A stretch of DNA of 64,000 nucleotides from a virus. Positions 26,855-37,354 of the stretch are shown here, piece after piece (the stretch's first letter is position 1; each line of letters starts with the position of its first letter). The translations under genes and the position numbers were made by a program. The stretch is from the IMG/VR virus record IMGVR_UViG_3300047369_000650, positions 1 to 64,000 of that record; one strand, given 5' to 3'. The notes below the pieces were generated by a model. That model saw nothing but the letters and a program-made list of their open reading frames with translations. It was not told the origin of the DNA and did not search any database.

Positions 26855-27349
26855 TTATAATGATTTTTTAATTTTTTTCATCTTCGGAAGACTCTTCATT
26901 TTAGACTGCTTTGGCATTATACCCATACTTTGTAATGTTTTTTCTGTCCAAATCTGAAACTCCCAGTTTCTGTCATCTGCAAAGTTTTTTGCGGCTTTCC
27001 ACTTATTCATATTTTTAACATATGTCATACCTTCATTAATGTATCTTTTAGTTTTTCTTCCTGGAAACTTTGGAGGGACCGTTTGACTATCTGGTTTAAT
27101 TTCCACAATAATAGTCTTACCATCTTTAAATGTTATCTTTAGATCAACAAAGTATCTATGATATTTTTTATCAACTTCATAGAAGTATGGGACTACAACT
27201 TCTTCCGATGCCCAAGTTTTTATTGAGGGGTTGTTATCGCACCATTTAAAACAATGTCTTTCCCACATTGATCTATAAATTATATTATCTGGATCACCAC
27301 GATATTTTGACCGGTGTTTTACTTTGTATTTTCCTTGGTATGTTTTCAT
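26855..27349 (-). CDS. gp4: Head completion nuclease
   Basis: YRSMWER, WASEE, HRYFVD, VEIKP, NMNKWKAA. Confidence 0.92.
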   Translation of the reverse strand: MKTYQGKYKVKHRSKYRGDPDNIIYRSMWERHCFKWCDNNPSIKTWASEEVVVPYFYEVDKKYHRYFVDLKITFKDGKTIIVEIKPDSQTVPPKFPGRKTKRYINEGMTYVKNMNKWKAAKNFADDRNWEFQIWTEKTLQSMGIMPKQSKMKSLPKMKKIKKSL

Positions 27350-27368
27350 AATACTTTCATTTTAATTA

Positions 27369-27399
27369 TATAAATAAGAATAAGATAATTCTATTTATT
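27369..27399. promoter_or_regulatory. Divergent late promoters between gp4 and gp48
   Basis: TATAAATA (+) at 27369-27376; AATAAATA (-) at 27392-27399. Confidence 0.7.
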
Positions 27400-27412
27400 A
27401 GGAATAATTTGG

Positions 27413-28486
27413 ATGGTTACTAACGCACGTGGAACATATATGTTCCCTATTGAAAATAGAGATAAGTATAAGGCATATATTAAATTTACGCCGATTATTA
27501 AAAACGGACCTACTTATCAGAATAGAGTAAATATAGCTCAGACAGAAGCGCAATCTTCTAGCGATAATAATAGTAGTTCTCCTTCTATAGCCAGAGAAGG
27601 TTTTATAGAAAGAACCGCTAAGAGTATTTTAGAAAATTCATTAACTCAATTCGGAAACTCAGCAATTTCTGCTTCTACCGAAAGGAGAGGTGATACGTCT
27701 GTTGCTTTATATATGCCCACACCAGTTACTATTCAGGATGGAGTTAGTATAGAAGCAGCAAGTCTGGGCATTTTAGGAGAGGGTGCTTCAAGGTCAATGG
27801 ATGCTGGAAGCGGGATTGGTACAGCTGTAGGTGCAGCCCTTCAAGATGGTATGGGAAGTTTAATTGAAACACTAAAAGGAAATGTATCCGGCGATGCTGC
27901 ATCTCTTGGTGCTAGTAGATTAGCTGCGGGATTACCAGGCCCGGGTACCGATGCGGTTAGAGGATCATTAAGAGTAACACCTAATCCGAATACTAGAATG
28001 ATGTTTAGATCCGTAAATATACGAGAGTTTTCTTTTGACTTTAAGATGGTCCCAACAAGTAAAAGAGAACAACATGAAATTAAAAATATTGTTACATTTT
28101 TTAGATCAAATCTTTATCCAGAAGTTATTAAACTAGAGGGCACTGGTGGTAATAGTATAGATGCTGGTTATAAGTTTCCTAATTTATTTGAAATTAAACT
28201 AATGTATGATGGAAAAGATTTATCTAAAGATAATCCCAATTTAAGTTTTAAGCATATGTATCTTAAAGCGTTTACTGCATCATATAATTCCACTGGTGGT
28301 TTTTATAAAGATGGAGAATTTAATGAAGTTTCAATACAAGTATCACTTGCTGAAGAATTTACTTTAAATAAATCAGATGCCTTAGTCGGTAATTCTCATA
28401 AAACTAGTAAAAGTGCTAATGAGGCCATAGATCAACATTATATGAAGAATGATTTTATAGCAAGAGCTAATGATGGAGTAACTTAA
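27413..28486 (+). CDS. gp48: Baseplate tail-tube cap
   Basis: VALYMP, NPNTRMMFRSVNIREFSFDFKMVP, KEQHEIKNIVTFFR. Confidence 0.85.
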   Translation: MVTNARGTYMFPIENRDKYKAYIKFTPIIKNGPTYQNRVNIAQTEAQSSSDNNSSSPSIAREGFIERTAKSILENSLTQFGNSAISASTERRGDTSVALYMPTPVTIQDGVSIEAASLGILGEGASRSMDAGSGIGTAVGAALQDGMGSLIETLKGNVSGDAASLGASRLAAGLPGPGTDAVRGSLRVTPNPNTRMMFRSVNIREFSFDFKMVPTSKREQHEIKNIVTFFRSNLYPEVIKLEGTGGNSIDAGYKFPNLFEIKLMYDGKDLSKDNPNLSFKHMYLKAFTASYNSTGGFYKDGEFNEVSIQVSLAEEFTLNKSDALVGNSHKTSKSANEAIDQHYMKNDFIARANDGVT

Positions 28487-28488
28487 AT

Positions 28489-29211
28489 ATGACATTTTTT
28501 GCAGGATTCCCAGAAGTTATATACAAATATGGTAATGAGAAAGAATTTAATCTTGCTCAAAATCTTTCCGTATATGTTGATATAATTGATAGATTTAAAG
28601 ATAACTCATCAATGTACACTTTTTATAATCTATATGATGGAGAAAGACCAGATCAAGTTTCTCAAATGTTATACGGTACTACAGATTATTATTGGACATT
28701 CTTTTTACTTAATGATAATTTAAAGACAAAAGGTTGGCCACTATCAAGTAAAAGTTTAGAACAATATGTTAAAAACAAATATAACAACACTACTCTTACG
28801 ACTCGTGATTATTTTTATGATAAATTTAAAGTAGGAGATTCTATTACTGGGCAAGACTCTGCTGCAGTTGGTAAGGTGATATCAACTAATTCAAATCTAG
28901 GAACTATTACAGTTCAATCAACTCCAACTTTTATTTTAGGTGAAACTATACAATTAGTAGGAGATCCTAATAAAACTGTTACACTACACTCAACTAGTGC
29001 AGAATATAACGCAGCAAGATATTATAAATCTGGTAATGATATCGTTGATATAGATCCTACAGTAGGTCCTGGTGCGTCTTTAGTTGAAGTGACAAACCTT
29101 GAATATTATCAAGAACAAAATAATGAAAATCTTACTATAAAAATATTTAAACCAGAAACAGTTTCTAGTGTCTTTGCTGCATATAAGAGTGCTCTCCGAG
29201 AGAATATCTGA
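28489..29211 (+). CDS. gp53: Baseplate wedge protein
   Basis: FFAGFP, DGERPDQVSQMLYGTTDYYWTFFLLN, WPLS. Confidence 0.9.
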   Translation: MTFFAGFPEVIYKYGNEKEFNLAQNLSVYVDIIDRFKDNSSMYTFYNLYDGERPDQVSQMLYGTTDYYWTFFLLNDNLKTKGWPLSSKSLEQYVKNKYNNTTLTTRDYFYDKFKVGDSITGQDSAAVGKVISTNSNLGTITVQSTPTFILGETIQLVGDPNKTVTLHSTSAEYNAARYYKSGNDIVDIDPTVGPGASLVEVTNLEYYQEQNNENLTIKIFKPETVSSVFAAYKSALRENI

Positions 29212-30563
29212 TGGTCGAACAATCAAATCAAGAGATTAATGCTGAATTTCTTATTAGAAAAATTATAATTGAAAAGCAATCTTTAAATACAGAATTTAAT
29301 ATAACTTCTGTTATTAATGAAGTTAACATATATGAGCATGTTGATAAGCCATATTTAACTGGACAAGTTGTATTTGCTGATACAAATAGAATTTTAGAAA
29401 CAGCAGAAATCAGTGGAACCGAATTAGTTACTATAGAAATATCAAGTACGCTAGATGATTCTGAATTTACTATCATGAAAAAATTTATTATAAGTGAAAT
29501 AGTACAAAGCGTGAAATCAAATGATAATACTGAATTAGTTGGTATTAGTTTAATAGAGGATATAGGATATTACTCAAGGTTGATGCGTGTTCAAAAACCC
29601 TATAGTGGTGTACCAAGCTCTATTATTAATAATATATTAGGTGAATACTTAGGAAGATCAGTTGCTCAGATTGGCGGAAGTGAACACACTGATGGTAATA
29701 TGAAAGTATTAATTCCAAATATGGAACCAATTCAAGCAGCTAATTGGATAAAAGATAGAGCATCTTCGGCAACTGGTCTCCCATATTTTTTATTCTCTAC
29801 AATATGTGATGATCAATTAAGATTTTTAGATTTAGAAAAAATATTAAATTTAACACCACTTAATCAAAGCACATACGACTATACTTTTTCACAATCAATT
29901 GGTTCTGGATTTGAGACTCAAGATCCTAGACAGTTCTATTCAATAAGAAATTTTAAATATACAAATATTGAAGATCAATTAATGATGGCAAGAAAAGGTT
30001 TTACTGGATCAACTTATAATTTTATTGACACAATAAAAAATAAATCTTATACTTCAAGAATTAATGCTCAAGAAGTATTTGGTGGTATTCCATATCCACC
30101 TAGACAAAATCTTCCAATTTATGATGGAATAACAGCATTTCCTGGAGGTGCTATGCATAATTATGATACAAGTGAAATTAGTCAGATGGCTCCATCAAAA
30201 ACTTTTGAGGACGGTTCTTTTAATTATTATGAAGCCTCTGGAACGTCATCACACATGTTTAAAGCAAAGTCAAAATCTCTTAGACATTTCTTACATAAAT
30301 CTTCAATAGATATATCAGTACCAGGTAAAAACTTCTTACATAGAGGCATAAATAAATCTGTAGGCAATTTAATTAATATATCATTTAATTCTAATATAGC
30401 AGATACTTCAAATTCTAGCCCAGATAATAATTTGGATAAGAAAAAAAGTGGAGCATATATGATATATGCTACAAGACATGTATTTCAAGAAAACATTTAT
30501 AATGCTGTAATCTCTTGTGCTAAATTAGGATATAAACCTAGATCAGCTGGAGGGTTTACGTGA
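29211..30563 (+). CDS. Baseplate hub protein (gp27-like)
   Basis: Between gp53 and gp5; VNIYEHVDKPYLTG, SGAYMIYATRHVF. Confidence 0.65.
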   Translation: MVEQSNQEINAEFLIRKIIIEKQSLNTEFNITSVINEVNIYEHVDKPYLTGQVVFADTNRILETAEISGTELVTIEISSTLDDSEFTIMKKFIISEIVQSVKSNDNTELVGISLIEDIGYYSRLMRVQKPYSGVPSSIINNILGEYLGRSVAQIGGSEHTDGNMKVLIPNMEPIQAANWIKDRASSATGLPYFLFSTICDDQLRFLDLEKILNLTPLNQSTYDYTFSQSIGSGFETQDPRQFYSIRNFKYTNIEDQLMMARKGFTGSTYNFIDTIKNKSYTSRINAQEVFGGIPYPPRQNLPIYDGITAFPGGAMHNYDTSEISQMAPSKTFEDGSFNYYEASGTSSHMFKAKSKSLRHFLHKSSIDISVPGKNFLHRGINKSVGNLINISFNSNIADTSNSSPDNNLDKKKSGAYMIYATRHVFQENIYNAVISCAKLGYKPRSAGGFT

Positions 30564-31432
30564 GAAATAATAATTTAAAAACTTTACAGGGTGATTATTA
30601 TGGTGACTATTTTAGATGGTTTATAGGCATAGTTGTCAATAATAAAGATCCCCTTAAACTTGGTAGAGTAAAAGTACGAATAAGAGGTATTCATTCTCCT
30701 AGTGTTGCACAAACTTCGACAAATGATTTACCTTGGGCTCAAGTTATAGTTCCATCAACTGAAGGAGGTATATCAGGAATAGGGAAAATGCCTCAGCTTC
30801 AACAGGGTTCTCAAGTAATTGGTTTTTTTATAGATGGTTCTAGTTCTCAGCTACCAATGGTTATGGGATCTGTACACCACTTTGAAAGAAAGAAAAATGC
30901 CACGGGCAATAATAAAGAAGAAACTCCTTTAGACGGAGAAGAACCTAGTGATGTTCAAGATGGTGAGGGCAACGATGGCCGTAAGATTGATTCTCAAGAT
31001 TTACCAGGTGGCTCAAATGGTGAGAAAATATTTAACTATTTAAAGAAACAAGGATTGACTGACGAACAAGCTGCTGGTGTTATAGGCAATTTAACAGCGG
31101 AATCAAATTTAGATCCTAATGCACTTAATCCGAACGATGTTGGTAAACCAGCTTTCGGGCTTGCACAATGGAGAGGTTCGAGATATGAGGATCTTATAGA
31201 ATTTTCTAATAGTAATGGTTTAGATCATACAACTCTTGAAGCACAGCTACCTTTCATGATGCACGAATTAGAATCACAGTCTTGGTTAGGTTACGGTGCA
31301 TTACAAAATGCAACAACAGTTTCTGATGCAACAAGAGTATTTGAAACAAAGTTTGAAAGACCTAGACCTGGAACATTTGGCAAAAGATATAACTTTGCTC
31401 AAATAGCATACGATTTATACAGTAGTTCTTGA
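30560..31432 (+). CDS. gp5: gp5 N-terminal OB-fold fused to phage-tail lysozyme domain
   Basis: WFIGIV.NNKDPLKLGRVKVRI.GIH, LPWAQV; AAGVIGNLTAES, GLAQW.G.R. Confidence 0.85.
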   Translation: MRNNNLKTLQGDYYGDYFRWFIGIVVNNKDPLKLGRVKVRIRGIHSPSVAQTSTNDLPWAQVIVPSTEGGISGIGKMPQLQQGSQVIGFFIDGSSSQLPMVMGSVHHFERKKNATGNNKEETPLDGEEPSDVQDGEGNDGRKIDSQDLPGGSNGEKIFNYLKKQGLTDEQAAGVIGNLTAESNLDPNALNPNDVGKPAFGLAQWRGSRYEDLIEFSNSNGLDHTTLEAQLPFMMHELESQSWLGYGALQNATTVSDATRVFETKFERPRPGTFGKRYNFAQIAYDLYSSS

Positions 31433-31445
31433 TGGAGTTTATTTT

Positions 31446-32975
31446 ATGTCTTTATTAAAAAATTCAATTAGCCCAGACGGTTTTAGTTCCATTTTAGGTG
31501 GAGTAAAAGAACAGACAAACATTTCTGAAGTTTCTGAAACTATTTCCAACTTAGGTGTTTCTAATCAATCTACATTAAGTAGTGTAGTAGCCAAAAATGC
31601 AAATACTACAGTTGCTAATATTGAATCCTTAACTTCTTTAAGTGATACATCTGACCTTAATTCAATACCAGATATTGGTCCAGTAAGATTAAAAAATCCT
31701 ATTGAGGGATTTTTCTCGGCATTTACTAGCACACCAACAAATAGTAGAGCCCTGCAAGCTATAACTGGTAAAGCTCCAGTATTAGGAAATTTAAAATCTC
31801 ACGTAATTGCATCATCGCCATTTTCTATTTTTAGTACAATAGGTAATATTAGTGGTGTTGATCCAAATGATTCATTAATAGGTCAACTTACAACCGCAGC
31901 TGCAGATACGGTTATTTCAAATATTAAAGATACAACAAGAGAAAGTTCATTTGCAAATTCTCTTGCTTCCGCAACTATATCCAGACTTAGCTCTACTAAT
32001 AATTTCGAAGGCGGTATATTAACCAATTTACTCTTATTGGGAACCGATGTTTTAAGAAATGAGCTTGTGTCGAGTACTGATGGTTTATTAAAAGACTCCG
32101 TTTTAAATCAAGCTATGCAAGAAATAGTTTTAGGTAGAAAAGAAAATGCTGTTAATATTATACAAAGAGGATTAGAAAGTTTACCTAATCAGCCTTCTAA
32201 TATAGATAATATTCTTAAGAGTGTTTATAGCATAAATCCTTCAATATCTAATGTTGTAGCTAGTAGAGGTTCTGAATTTACTCAATTAAAACCAGCAACT
32301 ACTAAAGTAGAAAGATTAAATTCAAACGAACAGAATTTTCCAATTTCTTCTACAGTAGATAAAGGTGTTCCAAGTTCTTATAATTTTAAGTTTGTTGATA
32401 GCTTAGAGGAACTTATTGCTGATTTTAGAGGAACCAATAGAGAAATTACCGAAACTGTTGTACACTGGACCGCACATTATATGGACCAAGGTCATGTTGG
32501 TTCGGAAGAATTGCATAACATAGCAATAAATAGAGGATTTTCAGGATGCTCATACCATTATATTATTAAAAGAGATGGGTCACTTCAAAGAGGAAGACCG
32601 TTGAACCGGATCGGGGCACACGCAAAAGCTAATGGTCATAATAAGTATAGTATAGGTGTTTCAATGGTAGGTGGATATAATTGTAATAGTGGTAATCCAC
32701 GCTATAATAAATTTATTAGTGCCGAGTCTATCACATCAGAACAATGGAATACTTTAGATCAATTTCTTAAAGCTTTTTATGTTGTATGGCCTGGTGGACA
32801 AGTTTGGGGTCATAACGATACTGATCCAGAGTCAAAGGTTGATCCTGGAATTGATATGCAAGAATATGTGCAAAATAAATTTAAGAAGAAAAATAAATCC
32901 GCATCGGGGACTCTTCCACCCTTGTCTCCTTCCGAACTTGTAGGCGCAAGTAATACTAATGCAAAACCTTCGTAG
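31446..32975 (+). CDS. Long Ser/Thr-rich N-terminus plus Zn-dependent N-acetylmuramoyl-L-alanine amidase
   Basis: VVHWT, YHYIIKRDG..QRGRP....GAH, SIGVSMVGG, GHND...KVDPG. Confidence 0.85.
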   Translation: MSLLKNSISPDGFSSILGGVKEQTNISEVSETISNLGVSNQSTLSSVVAKNANTTVANIESLTSLSDTSDLNSIPDIGPVRLKNPIEGFFSAFTSTPTNSRALQAITGKAPVLGNLKSHVIASSPFSIFSTIGNISGVDPNDSLIGQLTTAAADTVISNIKDTTRESSFANSLASATISRLSSTNNFEGGILTNLLLLGTDVLRNELVSSTDGLLKDSVLNQAMQEIVLGRKENAVNIIQRGLESLPNQPSNIDNILKSVYSINPSISNVVASRGSEFTQLKPATTKVERLNSNEQNFPISSTVDKGVPSSYNFKFVDSLEELIADFRGTNREITETVVHWTAHYMDQGHVGSEELHNIAINRGFSGCSYHYIIKRDGSLQRGRPLNRIGAHAKANGHNKYSIGVSMVGGYNCNSGNPRYNKFISAESITSEQWNTLDQFLKAFYVVWPGGQVWGHNDTDPESKVDPGIDMQEYVQNKFKKKNKSASGTLPPLSPSELVGASNTNAKPS

Positions 32976-32985
32976 AGGATAAATC

Positions 32986-35025
32986 ATGGTTACCGAAAAT
33001 GATAATATAGAAGAAAGAATTGCAACCGACGGGAAAGCTCAGGTTAATAATGAAGGTGTGCCTACAGACGGATTTGTTGACCCAGACGGAAAATATCCTA
33101 AAGATGAATATGTTGGTGAACCATCAGTTAATAAGGGATCACGTGGAACAAAAGTTCATAATTTAAAAATTAAAAATGGTTCCATAGGCTGTGAGACAAC
33201 TTTAGTAAAACAACCAAAAGCAATATACCCTTTAAATCAAGTGAACGAGTCAACATCTGGTCATATAATTGAAATTAATGATACTCCTGGCGGAGAAAGA
33301 ATACTTATTAAACATAAAGATGGTGCAGGTGTTGAAATAAAACCCGATGGTACTATTATTGTCAATAGTTTAGGTAATAGAGTTGATTTAGTATCTGAAA
33401 ATCATACTATGGCTGTAGAAGGTAATGGTTGTATCACATATTACGGCAATTTAAATCTTACTGTTCAGGGTGATTATAATTTAGATGTGAAGGGTGATTA
33501 TAATGTAAAAGTTGGCGGGAATAATATATTAAATGTTATAGGCAATTATCGTAAAAATATTGTCGGACTGTTTAATGAAGTAATACAGAAAACAAAAACA
33601 TCTACTGTACTACAAAAAGTTGCTAATACATATTTAAGTGGATTTGGTACTTACACAAAAGGCACATTTAATAATGAAGTAGATGGTACTGCAGAATATT
33701 CACATAGTGGTAATACATATATAACTTCTGAATCTGAAATCAGTATGTCTTCACCAAATGTAAATATTGCCGCTTCAGACATTTCAGTATTCGGAGATGA
33801 TGGAACTATTGGTGGCGACAATGTAACAATGTTTTCACAAAATAGTTATGTAGATAGAACTTTGCATGCAAGTGAAGTCGAAGCAAAGAAAACTATGAAA
33901 GCAAAAGTATTTCACGGTAGTTTAAACGGTACAGCAAAAGGTGCACTGAAAGCTGGTACTGCTGCCCTAGGAGCGTCACACAGTGGATCTGTAGATACTA
34001 CTGCACATATTAAAGAAGATCCTGTAGCACAAGGTAAAAAATTTAAACCAACTTCAACCATTGTCAATGCATTTCTATTCAATGAAGATAGAGGTGTAAG
34101 AGAAATCAGAATTGACAGAGATGGTGGAATATTAGATGGCATTAATCAAACTAAAAATTCTGGTGGTATAACAGATAAAAAATTAGATACTGGAGAAGTA
34201 AGATCAAAGTTGAAAGAAACTTCTAATCTAAAAAATAATAAATTTTTGGAAAGCCAGGTTGCAAATGAATCACTTAATTCTGAATTTGCTTCTGTGGCAC
34301 CAGAAAAAATTGGCAGAATAAAAGGTATAAATCAAACAGCAAGAACTGGCTATACACCAATAGGTTCAAGAAGGGAAGAAGCCCTAAGTAAAAAATATAC
34401 ACTTAGAGAGTCTTCATCTCGTGGAGTAGAAAGAACTATACCCGTTGATTCTAAGTATGATCCTAATAAACAAAGTGATATTACTATGGGAACTAATCTT
34501 GGAAGTGGTATTCCTATTTCTAAGTTTATAGCTGGAGCTAAAGACCCCATAAATTTAAATCATACAACTAGCGCAGAACAGAGAAAAAATATAGCAAGGA
34601 ATTTATATCCTCAGTCTGAGATAATTAATTTATTTTATCAGCTTGATCAATTTCAAGGGTATAATTTAGTAGTTGTTGAAGGCTTATATAAACCCGGACC
34701 TGAAGAAACTTTGACTCCCGGAGGTATTAAAGAATCCGCTAAAGATGGCAAGTTTGTTGTATATGAAGTCTATGACTCATTTACTGGTCAAATTTCTAAT
34801 AGTAAATCTTTTGATTTTGCTGTATATTTAAAAGATAATACTAATTATGAAAATTTAATTATGTACTACGATAATTATAACACTGATGGATCTTTACACT
34901 CTCAGGTAGGTGTTGGTATGCCGACCATACCAGAAAATTATACTGCATTTTTTAATAAAAATATTAAAACAGTTTATAACGGTACATTACAGACAACAAC
35001 AGACTTAATCGAAGTATTACCTTAA
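32986..35025 (+). CDS. gp5 C-terminal part (beta-helix needle) with extra C-terminal domain
   Basis: YPLNQVNESTSGHIIEINDTPGGERI..KH..G; V.G.YNL.V.G beta-helix repeats. Confidence 0.8.
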   Translation: MVTENDNIEERIATDGKAQVNNEGVPTDGFVDPDGKYPKDEYVGEPSVNKGSRGTKVHNLKIKNGSIGCETTLVKQPKAIYPLNQVNESTSGHIIEINDTPGGERILIKHKDGAGVEIKPDGTIIVNSLGNRVDLVSENHTMAVEGNGCITYYGNLNLTVQGDYNLDVKGDYNVKVGGNNILNVIGNYRKNIVGLFNEVIQKTKTSTVLQKVANTYLSGFGTYTKGTFNNEVDGTAEYSHSGNTYITSESEISMSSPNVNIAASDISVFGDDGTIGGDNVTMFSQNSYVDRTLHASEVEAKKTMKAKVFHGSLNGTAKGALKAGTAALGASHSGSVDTTAHIKEDPVAQGKKFKPTSTIVNAFLFNEDRGVREIRIDRDGGILDGINQTKNSGGITDKKLDTGEVRSKLKETSNLKNNKFLESQVANESLNSEFASVAPEKIGRIKGINQTARTGYTPIGSRREEALSKKYTLRESSSRGVERTIPVDSKYDPNKQSDITMGTNLGSGIPISKFIAGAKDPINLNHTTSAEQRKNIARNLYPQSEIINLFYQLDQFQGYNLVVVEGLYKPGPEETLTPGGIKESAKDGKFVVYEVYDSFTGQISNSKSFDFAVYLKDNTNYENLIMYYDNYNTDGSLHSQVGVGMPTIPENYTAFFNKNIKTVYNGTLQTTTDLIEVLP

Positions 35026-35031
35026 AAACAT

Positions 35032-35039
35032 TATAAATA
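35032..35039 (+). promoter_or_regulatory. Late promoter TATAAATA
   Basis: Exact consensus upstream of gp25. Confidence 0.85.
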
Positions 35040-35062
35040 ATACAATAAAATAAGAGAAAAAT

Positions 35063-35509
35063 ATGCCATCAAGATCATTATCAATTGAAGATAGAAAATT
35101 AGATGCTGGAGTAAAGATAGTTGCTTCAAGCAGTAGGATATATTCGGATATTGATTTAGCATTTAAAAAGAAAAAGAATGGTGATATATTTAAAAAGACT
35201 GACGCTAATGCGGTAAAACAAGCTGTTAAGAATTTAATTCTTACAAATCACTATGAAAAACCTTTTGTACCTTTCTTTGGTGGAAGTATTAGAGATATGC
35301 TGTTTGAACTTGGTGATCAGTTTTTAGATTTTGAAGTAGAGCAAAGAATAAAATTAGCAATAGAAAATTATGAACCAAGAGCTGAAGTAATAGACGTATC
35401 CACTTCATATAGAGACTATGCAAATTCTCTTGACGTATCAATAACTTTTGTTATATTAAGTACAAATGAAACAATTACACTAGAAACAGAAATTTCGAGG
35501 TTGAGATAA
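35063..35509 (+). CDS. gp25: Baseplate wedge subunit
   Basis: YSDIDL, AVKQAVKNLILT..YEKPF.P.FG, IENYEPR. Confidence 0.92.
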   Translation: MPSRSLSIEDRKLDAGVKIVASSSRIYSDIDLAFKKKKNGDIFKKTDANAVKQAVKNLILTNHYEKPFVPFFGGSIRDMLFELGDQFLDFEVEQRIKLAIENYEPRAEVIDVSTSYRDYANSLDVSITFVILSTNETITLETEISRLR

Positions 35510-37350
35510 TGGCCACAAATATTACATCAACAGCTTTAGATTTTGATGCTATAAGAAATAGTTTAAAAACTTATTTTGCACAGCAACCAGAATTTTCTGA
35601 CTATAACTTTGAAGCATCTGGCTTATCTAATGTATTAGATGTTTTAGCTTACAATACACACTTTAATGGGCTTACCGCAAACTTTGCAACTAATGAAGCA
35701 TTTTTAAATACTGCGCAATTAAGATCATCAGTTGTATCACATGCCGAAGCTCTTGGTTATAGACCAAGATCAAGAACCCCATCATCTTCTTCACTCACGC
35801 TATATGTTAATCTTTCCGGCGTTGCAAATCGGCCATCTTCAATAACTCTAACTTCTGAGTGGGTATTTAATGCATCTAATGAGTCTGAAACTTTTCAATT
35901 TATAACAGATAAAAATTATAGTGCACAAGATGATGGAAATGGATTATATAGATTTTATGATGCAAATGGGAATTCGGATATTAAAGTTTTTCAAGGCGAG
36001 TTTAAAACAAAAACTTTTATTGTTGATGATACAGCAGAAAATCAAATATACGTTATACCAGATGAATCTCTTGATACCGGAAAAATAACAGTAAATGTTT
36101 ATGATACACCAACATCTACAAAATTTACTTCATATTATTTCTTAGATACTGCACTTACTGTGGACTCAACTACTGCATTCTTTGATATAAAAGAATCGCC
36201 AAACGGATACTATGAGATTAATTTTGGTGATGGTAAGAGTTTCGGTAAATCTCCTGCAGTTGGCAGTAAAGTTGTAGTCAGATATTTTTCTTCAAGAGGA
36301 ACTGATGCAAATGGATGTACTGGTTTTAAAAGCGCAAATAGTTTTGTTTTAAATGATGTAAACTATCCTGTTAATATTCAAATACAAAAATCTTCTACAG
36401 AAGGTTATGAAAAAGAAACAATAGAATCAATCCGTAAATTAGCACCACTTCAATTTGCAGCTCAGAAAAGATTAGTAACATCTGCAGATTACAGAGCAAT
36501 GATTTTATCTAACTTCCCTGTTATAAAAGATGTTGCAGTATGGGGCGGAGAAGATAATGTCCCTATTGATTATGGTAAGGTGTATATTAGTCTTCAATAT
36601 CAAGATGGAACATCAGATGCAGTAAAAACTGCAACACAAAATAGCATTGAAACTAACTTTACTAATCAACTTTCTGTTATGTCAATTTCAAATAAATATG
36701 TAACTCCTGAAGAAACATATTTAGAAATAACGGGTAATTTTAATTATGATCCTAGTTTAACTAATGATACAGGTTCTGCTATCCAAACAACTATTACAAA
36801 TTTTCTACAAGAATATTTTACAAATACTTTAAATAGTTTTAATTCATCTTTTAGTAGATCAGAAGTATTAACCGAAGTAAGTGATTTAAATAGAGCCATA
36901 CTTTCGGCAAAGATGGACCTTAAGGTTCAGCAAAGAGTAGATATAACTGTTGGTTCTCCTAAAAATTATAATATATATTTTCCAGTAATGTTAATTCCTG
37001 CTGAAGCGCAAGACTATAGTATTGAATCTTCAATGTTTACTTATGGTGATGATGCAGTTCGTTGTACGGTTAAAAATAAATTAAACTCAAATATATTACA
37101 GGTTGTATCAACTACGGGATCTATAATTGTAGAAGATATTGGAAGTTATAATTATCAAAAAGGTAGTGTAAATCTTAACGGTTTTGCTCCAGTCTCAATA
37201 TCGACTGGAACTACATATATCACATTTAGTTCAACTCCTCTCGATCAGAGTATGATTTCTCCTCTTAGAAATTATGTACTAAGATTGGATACTGCAAAAT
37301 TAAGAATGCAACCACTAAAGAATGAACAAGATACAAAGGTAGCGTTGTAA
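35509..37350 (+). CDS. gp6: Baseplate wedge subunit
   Basis: LDFDAIRNSLK, DYNFEASGL..LDVLAYNTH, AQLRSSVVSHA, QKRLVTSADY, WGGEDN. Confidence 0.95.
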   Translation: MATNITSTALDFDAIRNSLKTYFAQQPEFSDYNFEASGLSNVLDVLAYNTHFNGLTANFATNEAFLNTAQLRSSVVSHAEALGYRPRSRTPSSSSLTLYVNLSGVANRPSSITLTSEWVFNASNESETFQFITDKNYSAQDDGNGLYRFYDANGNSDIKVFQGEFKTKTFIVDDTAENQIYVIPDESLDTGKITVNVYDTPTSTKFTSYYFLDTALTVDSTTAFFDIKESPNGYYEINFGDGKSFGKSPAVGSKVVVRYFSSRGTDANGCTGFKSANSFVLNDVNYPVNIQIQKSSTEGYEKETIESIRKLAPLQFAAQKRLVTSADYRAMILSNFPVIKDVAVWGGEDNVPIDYGKVYISLQYQDGTSDAVKTATQNSIETNFTNQLSVMSISNKYVTPEETYLEITGNFNYDPSLTNDTGSAIQTTITNFLQEYFTNTLNSFNSSFSRSEVLTEVSDLNRAILSAKMDLKVQQRVDITVGSPKNYNIYFPVMLIPAEAQDYSIESSMFTYGDDAVRCTVKNKLNSNILQVVSTTGSIIVEDIGSYNYQKGSVNLNGFAPVSISTGTTYITFSSTPLDQSMISPLRNYVLRLDTAKLRMQPLKNEQDTKVAL

Positions 37351-37354
37351 TACA

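Noticed and set aside
31420-32990. Frameshift or read-through rejoining the gp5 pieces
   Set aside because: A complete 509 aa gene lies between them and the downstream genes have their own RBS (GGAG, GAGG)
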